A stretch of DNA of 64,000 nt from Tubulanus polymorphus (lineage: Eukaryota > Animalia > Nemertea), in NCBI RefSeq assembly GCF_964204645.1, contig NC_134026.1:13514050-13578049 (forward strand), in the 5' to 3' direction. Of the stretch, positions 37,401 through 50,372 are shown one piece after another. The notes beneath the pieces were generated by a model that did not search any database, was not told the DNA's origin, and saw only the letters and a program-made list of their open reading frames with translations. Numbering within the stretch: the stretch's first letter is position 1; every line of letters begins with the position of its first letter. A program made the position numbers and the translations under genes.

Positions 37401-39185
37401 TAGTTTCAAAGCGTAAAATTGTTCGAAACGCAGCTAAAGTATTCGATCCACTAGGTTTTTTTGGGCAAGTCACTGTATCGAGCAAAATATTCATTCAAAA
37501 ACTATGGAAGGGTCAATATGACTGGGACCAAACCCTACCCATAGCATTACGGGATGAATGGAGAATCATTAATGCTAATTTAGTTAAAATATTTGCGATT
37601 TCATTACCGCGTCGATATAATGAATCTATGAATACAGATAAACTAGGGGTCCAGGGACACCATGCCCACTAGGGAAATGGTTTCAAATACTCAACAATCT
37701 ATCAATTTCAATATTCAACGCCCCCTGGTGACCATTTACAAAAACCAACGACCTTGAAACTCACCACAATCATAGAACATGTCAGCAGCTACGATTTTGT
37801 AATTGATTGTGATAACAAAATATGCCTCGTTACCAATTTAATATGGAAATACTAAGTCATTCTACTATTCAACGCCCCCTGGTGACCATATTCAAAACCC
37901 AATGACCTCGAAACTCACCGCAATCATAGAACATGTCATGAACTACAACTTTGCAATTGATCATGGTAACAAAATATGCCTAGGTACCAATATAATAAGG
38001 AAATACTAAGTTATTCTACTATTCAACACCCCCTGGTGACCATATAGAAAAACTAATGTCCTTAAAACTCGCAACAATCATAGATGATGTCATGAGCTAC
38101 AACTTTCCAATTGATTGTGGTTACAAAATATGCATAGGTACGCATTTAATATAGAAATACTAAGATATTGTATTATTCAACGCCCCCTGGTGGCCATATA
38201 CGAAATCCAATTACCTTGAAACTCGCCACAATCATAGAACACGTTATGAGCTACAACTTTCTAATTGATTGTGGTAGCAAAATACGCTTAGGTATCAATA
38301 TAATGTGGAAAAACTTTTTCCCACTTATGCATGAGTACTGGTGACACAAAGATGGCCGCCAATTGCGTCATAATTGGCTGATGAAAAATACCTGTCTCAG
38401 GTATAAAACATCCCTTTCCAAAGAATACCCATCACAAATTGCAATGAGAAATGGCAAACCAGTAGGAAGCTACAGGACTCAGAATTCGGGCCAAAATTAA
38501 CATTTTTGGGCACTAAAAAGGTCATAGGACGGCCATCTTGAGTCCGACCGACCCAGATGGGCCCTGGGGGGATTCACATATATCCGAAAGATCAAGGTAA
38601 TTGATCAAAGCGTCTTCAAAATTTCCCTCAAAAAGTTCAAAAATGTGTAAAAAGTGCTGATTTTGGCGAACAACAATGGCTGCTAGTCGGCCATCTTGAT
38701 TCTGACAGGGCCAGTTTTTGGTCTGAAGATGTGTCTAGGGTAGATACATGTATAACCCAAATATCAAGACGTTACCTTGAAGCGTCTTCAAAACTTCCCA
38801 AAATAACTGGATTCCGTCTACGGACGGACGGACGACGGACGAAAAGTGAACGCAATAGCCCGCTGGGACTAAGTCCCAAGTGGGCTAAAAACCTAAACCA
38901 CGGACTAGATAACAAAGTTCGTTCCACAATTATTTGCACAACTTCAGGACGAACCTCTAGACCAATAAACAAACTGTATCCGCTAGAGATCAACAGTGAA
39001 AGCGAGTTGGAGGAGACCGTCATCATTCCCAAAGTGGTTCCAGATAGAGCGACGAGATGCAGTTCGAGACGTGCAGCAAAAATCGCCTCTGATAGGATAA
39101 AAGCCATCGTTTGCGGCGGGGAGGATGTTGGAAATAGTAATAACTGAATATATGTATGTATATATATATATATATATATATACAC
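34413..39185 (+). mobile_element. Decayed BEL/Pao LTR retrotransposon (5' LTR 34413-about 34709, PBS 34712, gag-PR-RT, deleted RNaseH/IN, PPT, truncated 3' LTR from 39126)
   Basis: TGTTGGAAATAGTAATAACTGAATATAT at 34413 and 39126; PBS TGGTGCCGTGACCAGGAT (tRNA-His); Cys/His knuckles, LLFDEGS protease, DIEKAF/FGATSSP/YIDN RT; RPINKLYPLE; PPT GGCGGGGAGGA. Confidence 0.93.
37640..38890 (-). mobile_element. Complete HINE-like element inserted in BEL pol
   Basis: Minus strand starts TTTTAGCCCACTTGGGACTTAGTCCCAGCGGGCTA (hairpin), then (GTCC)n, four 154-bp cores, and ends CCCCTAGTT. Confidence 0.85.
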
Positions 39186-39789
39186 GGGAGACACGAAGAC
39201 GCTATGTTTTCTGACTATACGTACTACTACTAGTGGCTATAAATAGACGTAGCCTACACGTACAAATGAGGTCACGTCACACAGGTGCACGGCTATCGCC
39301 GAAAGATCGATAATTGTAACAGAAGGAAATTATACACTTGCTAAACGTCAGTAATAGAATCTAAATGTAAAACGAAATAAATGTTGTCTGGTCTGCGGCG
39401 CTCTTACGGCAACTGGTACCAACAAACTTTCGAATAAACCCTACCCCCCATCCGGAATTCATCCGGAATTCCGTATAAATCCGGAAAACTTTCCTCCCTG
39501 CACATGGTTGTTTACAGACTTTTGGACTACGTTTATTCGACTACTAATTGCCGGATTGAAAAAGACTAGTTTTGTACGATGGATATTATCGAGATTGGAA
39601 CAATATACGATCAGCTGTGTTGATAAGCGTGTGCATTGATCCTCTAGTGACCTTTCTTCTGTTGGATAGCGATTGGACTGATTATTGAATAGTTTTCATG
39701 ATTCTATTTCTATATTTTCAATATTTCAAATAAAAGTCTTTTGTCATTCTAAAAATAATTTTTGTTGTTGAAAATCCTCTGCCTTCAAG

Positions 39790-40640
39790 AAACTGTTGTT
39801 GCCACAATGAACTATAATTAACCAGTGATCACGGCAAGCTTAACCTGTATACTTCAAGAAAGGCCTGGAAATGACTCCAAGAATTGAATATTTGATGATT
39901 AAAATATCTTTTGGATGGATGGGTAGAAGAAAAAGAAAATATATAACGGACAATTGATGTATCTTATTGAATGTTTTTTTCATTTCAATGGAATATTTCA
40001 GAATATAAGATTTTTTGAATGAAATGAATATTGACTCAGCCAAAGGCATAGTCTCGAATGAACCAGCATGCATGTCGACCAACAAATCTCGACCGACAAG
40101 CTCGCTCATGAAGGGTCAGAGTTTGGTAGATCCAGCAGGTGATAAATTTGATGTTTTAAGTACCTAATTCGGAACATTTAGTTCTATTTGATAGAATATT
40201 CCACAAGAGTCTTTCGATTAATATGATTATGAGTCAGACGGCATCTGGCTCGATCCCGCAGCAGGCACTGGCTATGGCAATAACTGCTCTTGGACGGTCA
40301 ATCATGGGATCCTTTTAATTGAGCGGGTGACCGGTGACAAATCTAGAATCAGCTGCAGCACAACAACAAATCTGGCAACTGCCTGTAAATCGAATACATT
40401 TCTTTCCTCTTCAATATAAATCTGCAAAATACGATACAGGTACAAATAAATGAAAAGCTTAAAATAAAAAGACAGGAATTCTATATTCTCAAATTTCGCA
40501 CATAACGTACCTCAGAAAGCAGCGATTTGAACGCTGTGATGATACAGCAGAGCCCCTCATAGTTCATGAGTTGTCTTAAATCAGGAGGTGATTCATACGA
40601 AATGCGCATTTCATTTTGTGATTTTGCCCTGAAAGTTACG
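39790..40640 (-). pseudogene. Possible spliced gene/TE remnant with a candidate intron at 40422-40510
   Basis: Minus-strand GAG|GTACGT donor and TTTTGCAG| acceptor; downstream frame IYIEEERNVFDLQAVARFVVVLQLILDLSP followed by stops. Confidence 0.25.
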
Positions 40641-41918
40641 CTCGTTGCTTGGGAAAATTGTTAATATTGAGGGCCTTATGGGCGTAAGGCCAACCAATAA
40701 CTTGTTGCCTTGAAGAAATTACGCTAAACTGTATCTAAAGTAGAAAGCAAATATTTTGATGGGTGGCATTGAAACGTGTTTCCAATAAAATTAAATTTAC
40801 TTGGATTTGGAATAAAAATTTTATTATCTCAAATCGTCTATAAAAAGCACCATAACGCACTTAAATTGATGAATAAGTCAACTACATCAACATAATAAGT
40901 AAGTTAATACATGGCAACCGTCTTCAAAAATTAGGAGAATATAAATCGGAAAATGAAGCGTAAAAAATGTTAGGAACTTGTACAAAATTTTCAGACGAGT
41001 GTCACTTTATATATCACATGAAAAGAAATGGAACCACGAAAGCATACATTTTCAGAAACTAGATACCAATATCTAGTTCGTCACATTTTATTTTTTTTTA
41101 ATAAGGCCGACCATATGGACAGAAATCGCACTTTTGTTGCCGAAAAAGCCAAGAATTTTACTTCCGGGTTCCTAAAATGCAAATTGACGCTATTGTAGAA
41201 TGTTGATCGAAATTCCGAAATTCTACGAACTAGTGGTGAATGTTGGCTCAAGATTTAATCAAGTTAGGTTCGGATCCCACGTTTACGGGTCCGTATCTCT
41301 AAACACTAGAACAAAATAAGAGCCCCAAGTGGCACTATGGCCAGCCTGTCAGCTTTTCATAAAATAGCAAATGATGATGCATTCTGTGGGTTAAATTTGT
41401 TAAAATGCACTCCCAGCTCAGAGTCAATACCTTATTAGACTGGTTGCCTGTCCCATTCAATATGGCCCGTCCGCCATCTTCCGCGGATTTTAGGGATCCA
41501 ATCAGATTTCAGTATTTCATCACGTGAACAATGTAACATGGCGCTTACACTGTGTCTCGATTTACGTTCCATGGACCTCTTTAAAGTCATTTTTTATACC
41601 AATGAAGAAAGAAATTCCGTTAAAACTGCCAGGTAACGCTTCTGCAGGCACTTGTTTAGCGTGTGGTACCGAAAATATCGGTATTCAATTCAGGATGGCT
41701 GCGTGACAGCGCCGTCGAAACCCACCGGTCGTCAATCAGCAATTTGGACTGGTGGATGGAAACAACAATACATACAATGCTACTATACCACTACTGACAT
41801 ACTGAACCTTGCAGCAGAGGCTACTTGTTTGTTCACTCGAGGCGATTGATTGATTGTTCTTAATGTGACATTGGACATCAGCAGTTGATCCAGTGAAAAT
41901 AATGACATCAACAAGGTA

Positions 41919-41921
41919 ACA

Positions 41922-41962
<41 letters not shown>

Positions 41963-41970
41963 ATCATCAG
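41919..41970. repeat. (TCATCG)n microsatellite
   Basis: Directly visible. Confidence 0.9.
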
Positions 41971-44259
41971 TTACATCAGCAAGCGCCGTTGCGCCAAGAT
42001 GTTGTGTACTTAATTTCTCCACTGCTCACGATCTGATAAACTGATGAGGTTTAAAGAGCTGGATTCTGTGAATAACTGCACTAGCTGGCCTTCAATTTGA
42101 ATTGTGATTGGATTATCTGTCCGGTCGAGACATGGTCTTTATGATTCTAAAGACACTATCATTCAAATCGGGGATATCAGGATCGTCCCAATTTGTGAAT
42201 GAAAAAAAAAACTACTGTTCTATGTCATGAAGTACGTAGTCTCATTGCTTATTCTCTTGTCAGGGGCTGAACAAGATTTTGTACCAGAAGTGAACAATAA
42301 ATATTGAATTCAGTGAAAAAGAATTGGTTGTGATGAATTTTATAATCGATTTCTAGCAAAGTCAACATTGACATTGTGTGGTCCATGAGGAGAAAGGATA
42401 TTGCGAATTTCCAGTGTGATCTGAGTAACTTGTCTTGACCAAGTCTCTTAATTTGACTGTCCCAACTTGCTGTCTGTATCAGGAAATCAGTAGGCTGAGG
42501 TGGATCCAAATATCTGATCTTACAAAGCACTAAGGAGTTCAACAATTGTAAACTTTATTCAGATACTAAATATAGTCAACTGTATTAAAACATCAATTCA
42601 CTAAATACATCTCAGAAAGGATGTCCCCTGTTCCTTAAGAATGTTCTGTATTCAGTGACGGTCGCGGCAGAGCTCACCTCGCATTAGATTTCGATCCTTG
42701 TTAGTTTGTATTCCGAGTACCAGGTAAATAATCAGCGGATTTATCTGATACTTACAGCAATTAATGTCTTTCGGTCCATTGTAAAGGGCAATTTTGATAT
42801 CGCTCGAAGCTAAGCAAATTCGAAGAGATGCCATCTTAAGCAGGAAGTAACTTGCTACTTTACATGTTTGACCTTATTTGACATGCATCGAAAATGTAAA
42901 ATGGAGGATGGGCACAACCGGTCTCTAATTGAAGATAGAGACCGGTAACCAGTCTAAAGTGAGAATACAACCCAAGTTGAAATATAGTTGCATCTAAAAT
43001 CCGAACTCCGCTGCGACTGAAACGCTGATGTGTTAGTTAATTAGATGGCGCCAGCTACCGGTGCAGAAATAATCAAGGCTCGAATTTATCCTTTTTTTCA
43101 CCAGGTTTTTGAACTGATCAAAACAGTAAGCTCATATCGAAGATAGAGACCGGTAACCAGTCTAATACATAATAATTTACACAATACAATCGTAGAATAC
43201 AAAAGTAGTACAGACAGCGACTGGATCTGGCAGGAACAAATACCTCAGATAAATCTTTTCCCTTGGGTCTTATTGATTTTAATGCGGAATAGAATTGAAT
43301 TTTCTGAAATTTGCTCAAAACAAAATTGAATTGGATTTGATGTTTTTATTTGTTTAATAAAGTAAAATTGAATTAGATTTGATATTTTTTGCGGAATAAA
43401 ATTTGATTGAATTTGTAGTTGGAGCACATGGCTAATTAGTATATCAAGGTCATCTATCCAATTTAAGAAAAAGCTTTTTTCCCGGACTTTGCACAATGGT
43501 CAATGATATTTTCTGTAGTGCTAATACAAATATTCCTCCCAAAACCCAAATCAACTCAAGCTTTCACAGAAATCGATCTTGAAATACAATTTTAGATCTT
43601 TAAATAAAACCTGGAAGTAAAACGGTAGACAATATACCGCGGGTTAATGTGCACACCTGCTGATTTCTGCGGCTAAGCCAATCATAGAGGAGTCTTTGCT
43701 ATTTGATTGGCTTTTCAAAACCAATATTTTTGCGATCATATATTCGCGAAAAAGCTCATATAAATTTCAGCGAGGCCCTCTTTCAAAATTCAGCTACGTA
43801 GAGTTTGGAGAATGGATAATGCTTTAATGAATGATATGTATGAATATATGCTCAGTTGCACAATAAAAGAGCCTTTGCTCTGGAAACCATGTCATTTAAA
43901 TTCGCTCCATTTGTATAGTAATAGGCTCAGCCAACGGTTGGCCTAATGACACGAAGCTCAGTGCGCATTATCAATTAATACGACCAATAATTAAAGTTGG
44001 CAAGATTCGTATTGTCTGTACGCACATGAGTTACTCCTTGAAAATGGTTTAAAACCGAAAATTTGGGCTTTTAATTTATTTCTATGGTTTCGATTTTTTA
44101 AAAACTTTTTCGATTTTGAAAAAAAGCTTTTCCAATCTTGTGATTGTGGGATTTATATTTTGATATCTCTTCTAGTTTTTGTTTTATGAATCTCTCAAAA
44201 ACACAGAAACCCTGGCATAGCACAGCATTTCTTGAAAAATTGTTATAGTTAATAGCATC

Positions 44260-44478
44260 AAAAATATGCCATCAGTCGGCCATCATTGTTCTGAGTGTGT
44301 CAGTTTTTAACTGAAGATATGTCTAGGGCAGATACCAAATATAAACCAAATATCAAGACCATCAAAAGAATCATCTTCAAAACTTTGCAATATAACTTTT
44401 ACGGATGGACGAATGGACAGACGGATGAAAAGAACACAATAGCCTGTTAGGACTTAAGTCCCAAGTGGGCTTACAAAA
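44260..44478 (-). mobile_element. Diverged HINE-like terminal fragment
   Basis: CTGAAGATATGTCTAGGG...(GGAC)n...GGACTTAAGTCCCAAGTGGGCT. Confidence 0.7.
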
Positions 44479-45347
44479 TATCTAAATCTTGATATCAAAT
44501 GTATAAATTATCAAAAGTAAGGATTCCATAGAATTTACAGATCTAGTGAAAGTGAAGTCAACATAATGTTCAATGTTTTTAAAAAAGATGTCAGTTAAGT
44601 TTCAGTTCACATGAAACAAATGTTATGTTTTTTATCAATCTGTTTTTGAATTCACAGCATAAAGAAACCATCAAATGTAAACATTGTGTATAGCCAGACG
44701 TGATTACTCCATGGCATCCCACAGGCCTGACGCTCTGTAACACTTATACTCAAGACACAATGCTCTGCATATCAAGAATTCTTAAACATATGCCATGTAT
44801 AAAAGGGAGTGAACGCTATCCTTTTTTTATAGATGTACATACCTTGGTGGAAAATCCAATTCAAACTCGTGAACTCTATCTCTGAAGTAATCAAGCTCAT
44901 TGTCATATTCATGTAACTGGAAATTAAGAAAATAAAACCAAATTTATTGCTTCATATCCTACTCATGTACTACATAAACTGCGCATCGTGTACTGAGTAT
45001 TGTAAAGATTTCTTGGGTTCGTAGATTTCCCTAAGTATGTGCATTATCTGTGTAATAACATAGTGATGTAACGACATGTGGGCCTGTACAGTTTGGGGTT
45101 TCTCTGCAGCGGTATACAAATAAATATTATCATTATTTCCTGAGGGAAATCAATTTCCAGCAAAATCTTCTATTGTTTATGTTTTGTAACAAAGCTTTTT
45201 CAAGCACAAAAATAATGAATAGTGGCAACCAACGTGCAGGTTTTCTTCTGGTAAAAATAGCGGCACACTAAAGAACTGGTATACAAAATTTTGTAGAACT
45301 GTCTTCATCAGTTCCATTTGAATTTCTTAGGAGCGCCACCAAGTATT

Positions 45348-46030
45348 AACAAGAGGCCCACGGGCCTTATACCTTCATGACGCAGTAGAAGATGAATGGT
45401 TCAGTATTCAAAGTCTTACAGAAAGATTGACACTGTAACGATGTAACAAGTTTTAAAATAGTTAAGATGGTATAGGCTATGTGGCGATAATGTTCATTTT
45501 CTGTTAATATATCCTTACATGAAAAGACAAGCCCATTTTAGTTGCCCCAAAGATCACACTACATGAAAAAATGCATCAAGAATTGGTGTAGGCATCGTGC
45601 TGAAAAGAAATCCAAGATGGATGGCAATCCTGGTGGCCATCTTGAACTCAATTTTCGGTAAGGGGTAGACATTTCACCTACCAAAATTCTTACACCTAGT
45701 ATCATGAAAATGCATCAAGAATTGCAGGCTGTTTCGTGCTAGAAATTCAAGATGGCTGACCTGGCGGCCATATTTGAAAGCCGATGACCTCCAAATACTA
45801 AAGACATGGACAGCTTACCTACCCTGATACTCACATCAAATTTTGTGATAATCCATCAAGAATTGCAAGCTGCATAGTGCAAACAAGAAATTCAAGATGG
45901 CCACCCCAATGGCAGCCATATTTGATCACCAATGACATTTTTTTATAATAGGGGTGGACATCTCACCAAACCCAATCTTCAAGCTTATTTTCGAAAAGAT
46001 TCATCGCAAATTACACTGTGTCGAATAACT
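45348..46030 (-). mobile_element. Second HINE-like family (AACAAGAGGCCCACGGGCC end); related copy begins at 61217
   Basis: Homologous to 61217-61323 joined to 62412-62480; internal CAAGATGG repeats. Confidence 0.65.
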
Positions 46031-47334
46031 GTGTCAAATTCAATTCAATTCCGAGGGCCTGGCTTAGGCCTATACAATAGGAGTCAATTAAAATTCGACT
46101 TTTTGAAAAACGAGCACAGATGCCTATTCAAATCACATGTAATTAAAAGATTCAGTGCTTGTTAGTTAGATGTCCCTATTTTCATCGCGCACGTGGTAAA
46201 ATTATTGTTTACATCGAACGTCTTCAACAGCTGATACAACCGCACCCGCGTCGGTCAATCATCTTCATTGATTCATATACTAAAATGTTCACTATGAAAA
46301 AATATGCGGTAAATCAATCCGGAACTTTTCAGTAGAATGTTAGACACTAGGTACCATTCTTTAAAGGTTTATTTGTTGTATGTCATTAACAATCAGTTAT
46401 ATAATACTTTATTCATAACTTTGAAGCAGCGCACCGGCAGCGAACGCTCAAGCAAGGTCAGTCACGTAGGCCAACGATAACACGAAACAAACCACGGTTT
46501 TGCCGGTTAAGAGCGTCTCTTCACATAAATAAGAGGGACTGTAATGGACCATTTGTTGACACTTAATAAACTTCGTATGGATACAATCAAGATAATTCCA
46601 CCCTATAATTCCACTATTCAACGATCGACGTGCAGCTTTTAAACAAGGTGCTGACATTCATTATGCTAGTCACATTGTAACTCTACGCACATCAAAATCA
46701 CACTTGAATAGAAGTGTTGACTTATGAGAAACGATCGAAATCTAGCAATTTGATTGGGCAAATAGCAGCACTATAGTTCAAAAAAGTTGAAATGGATGAA
46801 CATACAATTACTAAGTACAAAGTAACCATGTACCATGTCAAATTAGCTTTGAGGATTAAAAAGACACAGTTATCTAGCTAAAAAATCCCCAGTGCCAGTT
46901 GTCTAAAATTATTATGCCAATTGCATGTGGCACATGTACCTACACACCAAGCTTAGACTTATAATTGCGAAGCCATGCTATAAGTAGAAATGTTGTCTTC
47001 ACGCGAAGACATGTATATCTCCCAGACATTCCATAACTGTTCTCGTGACAACAGATGAATCATCTGCAATGATTACAGAAGACACAGTTTCCCCTAAAGT
47101 TCAAAATATGCAGGTATAAAACACGCCAACTTTTAAAACATTGCTCGGAACTTACTCAACCAAGCAACAGCGCTGCTCGGTATACTACTCGGTTCCGTTC
47201 GGTTTTGATGAATAGCTCCGCGCAATATGAGCTGCTCGGTAATCATTGCTCGGAATTCAATTTCAATCGTAAGTAGATCCGTGCAAATACCAACTGCTCG
47301 GATTTCTGCTCGGCTTCAATCCTTAGCGGATCCA

Positions 47335-48538
47335 AGCAAAAACGAAAAGCTCAGCAATCTGCTCAGCTTCGACCGTTAGTAGTTCTGCACAAAACAAACT
47401 GCTTGGCATTCTGCTAAGTTTTAATTGTCAAATAATGCGAAGAATATACCGGTTGAATACCACAATAAATCAGCTAATAAAAATCTTTTGAAAAGATTTC
47501 ATAAAGCTTCATTCAATGAGCCGAGGCCCTTTAAACTGGGAGTTTAATACACTGAGTATTCAATTATTTTGTCTTATTTGACGATGTTTTTAATATCATT
47601 GACAGTAAATAACTAGAGGTGCAAGGCCCTAATTGTGAAGTCTAAGAGTCAGATAAAGTACTTTCCATAGCCAAGGCATTTTTTCTAAGTGACTTGGAGC
47701 ATGGATTAAGCACCCTCCCCAGCATAAATCATCAAATTAAATAGGAAGTTTTTTAGTCTATCAAGTTTTCATTGAAATCTTTCTGCAGTCCTTCGTGTTT
47801 TCATTTTTCCACAGTCCTCGCAAGTTTTATGTTTACAACACACAACTCAATTACTATTTCTTTTATTGAAACTTTTTCCCTTAGGTTTTCCTCGAAAAAA
47901 TGCTGGGATCAGGAACCGTCCAGTAGAAGCCACCTTCAGGAGCATGTGTTACACATCCATCTCACCGCGCCACTCGCTTCGAAGCAAAAACGAATAGCTC
48001 AGCAAAAGGGCTCAGCTTTGATCGTTAGTAGATCTGCACAAAAACAAACTGCTTGGCATTCTGCTAAGCTTTAATCGTCAAATAATGCAGAGAATATACC
48101 GGTTGAATACCACAATAAATCAGCTAATGAAAATCATTGGAAGAGATTTCATTTGACGATGTTTTAAATATCATTGACAGCAAATAACTAGAGGCGCACG
48201 GCCGTAATTGTGAAGTCTAAGAGTCAGATAAAGTACTTTGCATAGCCAAGGCATTTTTTTCTAAGTGACTTGGCGCATGATGGGTTAAGCACCCTCTCCA
48301 GCATAAATCATCAAATTAAATAGGAAGTTTTTTGGTCTTTTGTGTTTTCTTTGAAATCTTTCCACAGTCCTTCGTGTTTTCATTTTTCCGCAGACCTTGC
48401 AAGTTTTATGTTTACAATACACAACTCAATTGCCATTTTTTAAATTGAAACTTTTTCCTTTAGTTTTTCCTTGAAAAAATGCAGGGATCAGGAACCGTCC
48501 CGTAGAAGCCACCTTCAGGAGCATGTGCTACACATCCA
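47335..48538 (+). repeat. Tandem duplication of about 650 bp
   Basis: CTGCACAAAACAAACTGCTTGGCATTCTGCTAAG...GAAGCCACCTTCAGGAGCATGTG occurs at about 47385-47950 and 48034-48527. Confidence 0.85.
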
Positions 48539-48849
48539 TCTTGAGTCCAATCGACCCAATTTTTCTTATGGGCCCTTTGGGGATTCAAATATGTACGAAA
48601 AATCAAGGTAATTGATATAAGCGTCTTCAAAATTTCCCTCAAAACGTTCAAAAATGTGTAAAAAGTGCTGATTTGGGCGAACAACGGTGGCTGCCAGTCG
48701 GCCATCTTGAATCTGACCGGGCCAGTTTCTAGGCTGAAGATGTGTCTAGGGTAGATACACGTATGAACCAAATATCAAGACATTACCTTGAAGCGTCTTC
48801 AAAACTTCCCAAAATAACTGGATTCCTAAAGTCCCAATTGGGCTAAAAA
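48538..48849 (-). mobile_element. HINE-like fragment
   Basis: Matches 38535-38890. Confidence 0.8.
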
Positions 48850-50372
48850 GAATACTTTTACATTTTGAGCCATTTTAATTAGACATAAAAACTAAATCCA
48901 ATTCGACTTAGCGTAATTCATCAAGAAAAACATTGATCTTAAGTATTCTTGCTAACTACTGTATGTGTTATTTGCAAAATAAAATTTCAAGGTGCAAACA
49001 AAGTTTAACAAATATTATTTCATCATAAATTGGCATAATTCAATGAAAGATTAGATCAAGCTTATATAGTCAACTCTTCATCTAACAGACAACTCTTAAT
49101 CTTACATAGTCAAATCGTGATATCAAATTTCCCTTGAAGACTTCAATAAAGGACTTATGGTCCAGTTGCCTGCCAGACTGTGCGGAGTAAAAATCTATCA
49201 CCCTGTTGGCCTACTGATGTGCAAAAATTTCATTGAAAATTAAACAAGAACAAGGCAATTTGATACTGTGTATTTATGACCCCGCGATATAAAAATGATG
49301 AGTGTATCCAGGGATAACCATACTATGAAATATCATTGTCAATGGTTATCTAAGAATTGAGTTTACAGGGCTTTAGGCAAAAGATCTATACTAACCTGGA
49401 CCTTTGGCCCTAGAACTCCAAAATCACTAAGGCACATCCTCTCTCCAGGCGTAATCATACTGTGAAATAGTATGTCCTGTTATCAATGGTTCTTCTTGAA
49501 TCGTGTTAACAAGGTTTCAAATGATTGACCTGAGGAGACCTTGACCTTTGATCCTCGGACCACGAAATCAATAGGGCACATCCTCCCACTAGAGGTTATC
49601 ATACTAAGTAATATCATGGTCCTGCTATCGACGGTAATTCTTGAATCACGTTCACAAGGTTTCACATGAATGACCTGTAGTGACCTTGACCTCTGATCCT
49701 TGGACACCAAAATCAATAGAACACATCCTCCCTGCAGGATATAACTACAATTTTTGGAACTAAAATTTGTATTTCCGAGTAGTACTTACCCTTTCCTATG
49801 GTTTTTGCCAATATTTTCTAAATTTGGATTGATCGCCAATGGTTTTTCTATACGACCCGGCCCTGCGGTATTGCATTTAGCCACCGGCGAAATCCGCCAT
49901 CTTTTTACGTCATAGCAGACAAAAAAAAAACAGCTATGCGGGGCAGGTGGGCGGGATTCCCACCATAGGAAAGGGTAAGTACTACTCAGAAATACAAATT
50001 TTAGTTCCAAAAATTGTAATATTTCCGTCGAGTACTGTACCCTTTCCTATGGTTTTTGCTAGACTAGCCTAGCACAAGGATGGTGGGAAAGGTAGATAGA
50101 AAAACCACCGCTCAAACGCAAGGTAAGAGGGAAAAAGAGAGCACTTACCCAAACACGGAATGGAGCACTGTAGCACAGGTAAGAGGGAAAAAGAGAGCAC
50201 TTACCCAAGCACGGAATGGAGCACTGTAGCACAGGGAAGACCGGTTGGCCACAGTGAGTCCGTCCAGCTCAGGGCCCCCCAGAATTTTGCGAAAATTAAT
50301 ACTTGCAGATATGAGCCCAAACTATGTACAAGGATACACCCCATGTGATCCTGATAATGCAACATAAATATT

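Noticed and set aside
41783-42022. Poly-Asp protein ORF
   Set aside because: Explained by a (TCATCG)n microsatellite.
42100-42850. L1/Tx1-like 5' end and ORF remnants on the minus strand
   Set aside because: Only an ACTTCC..AAGATGG motif and vague protein-like frames; no diagnostic domain motif.
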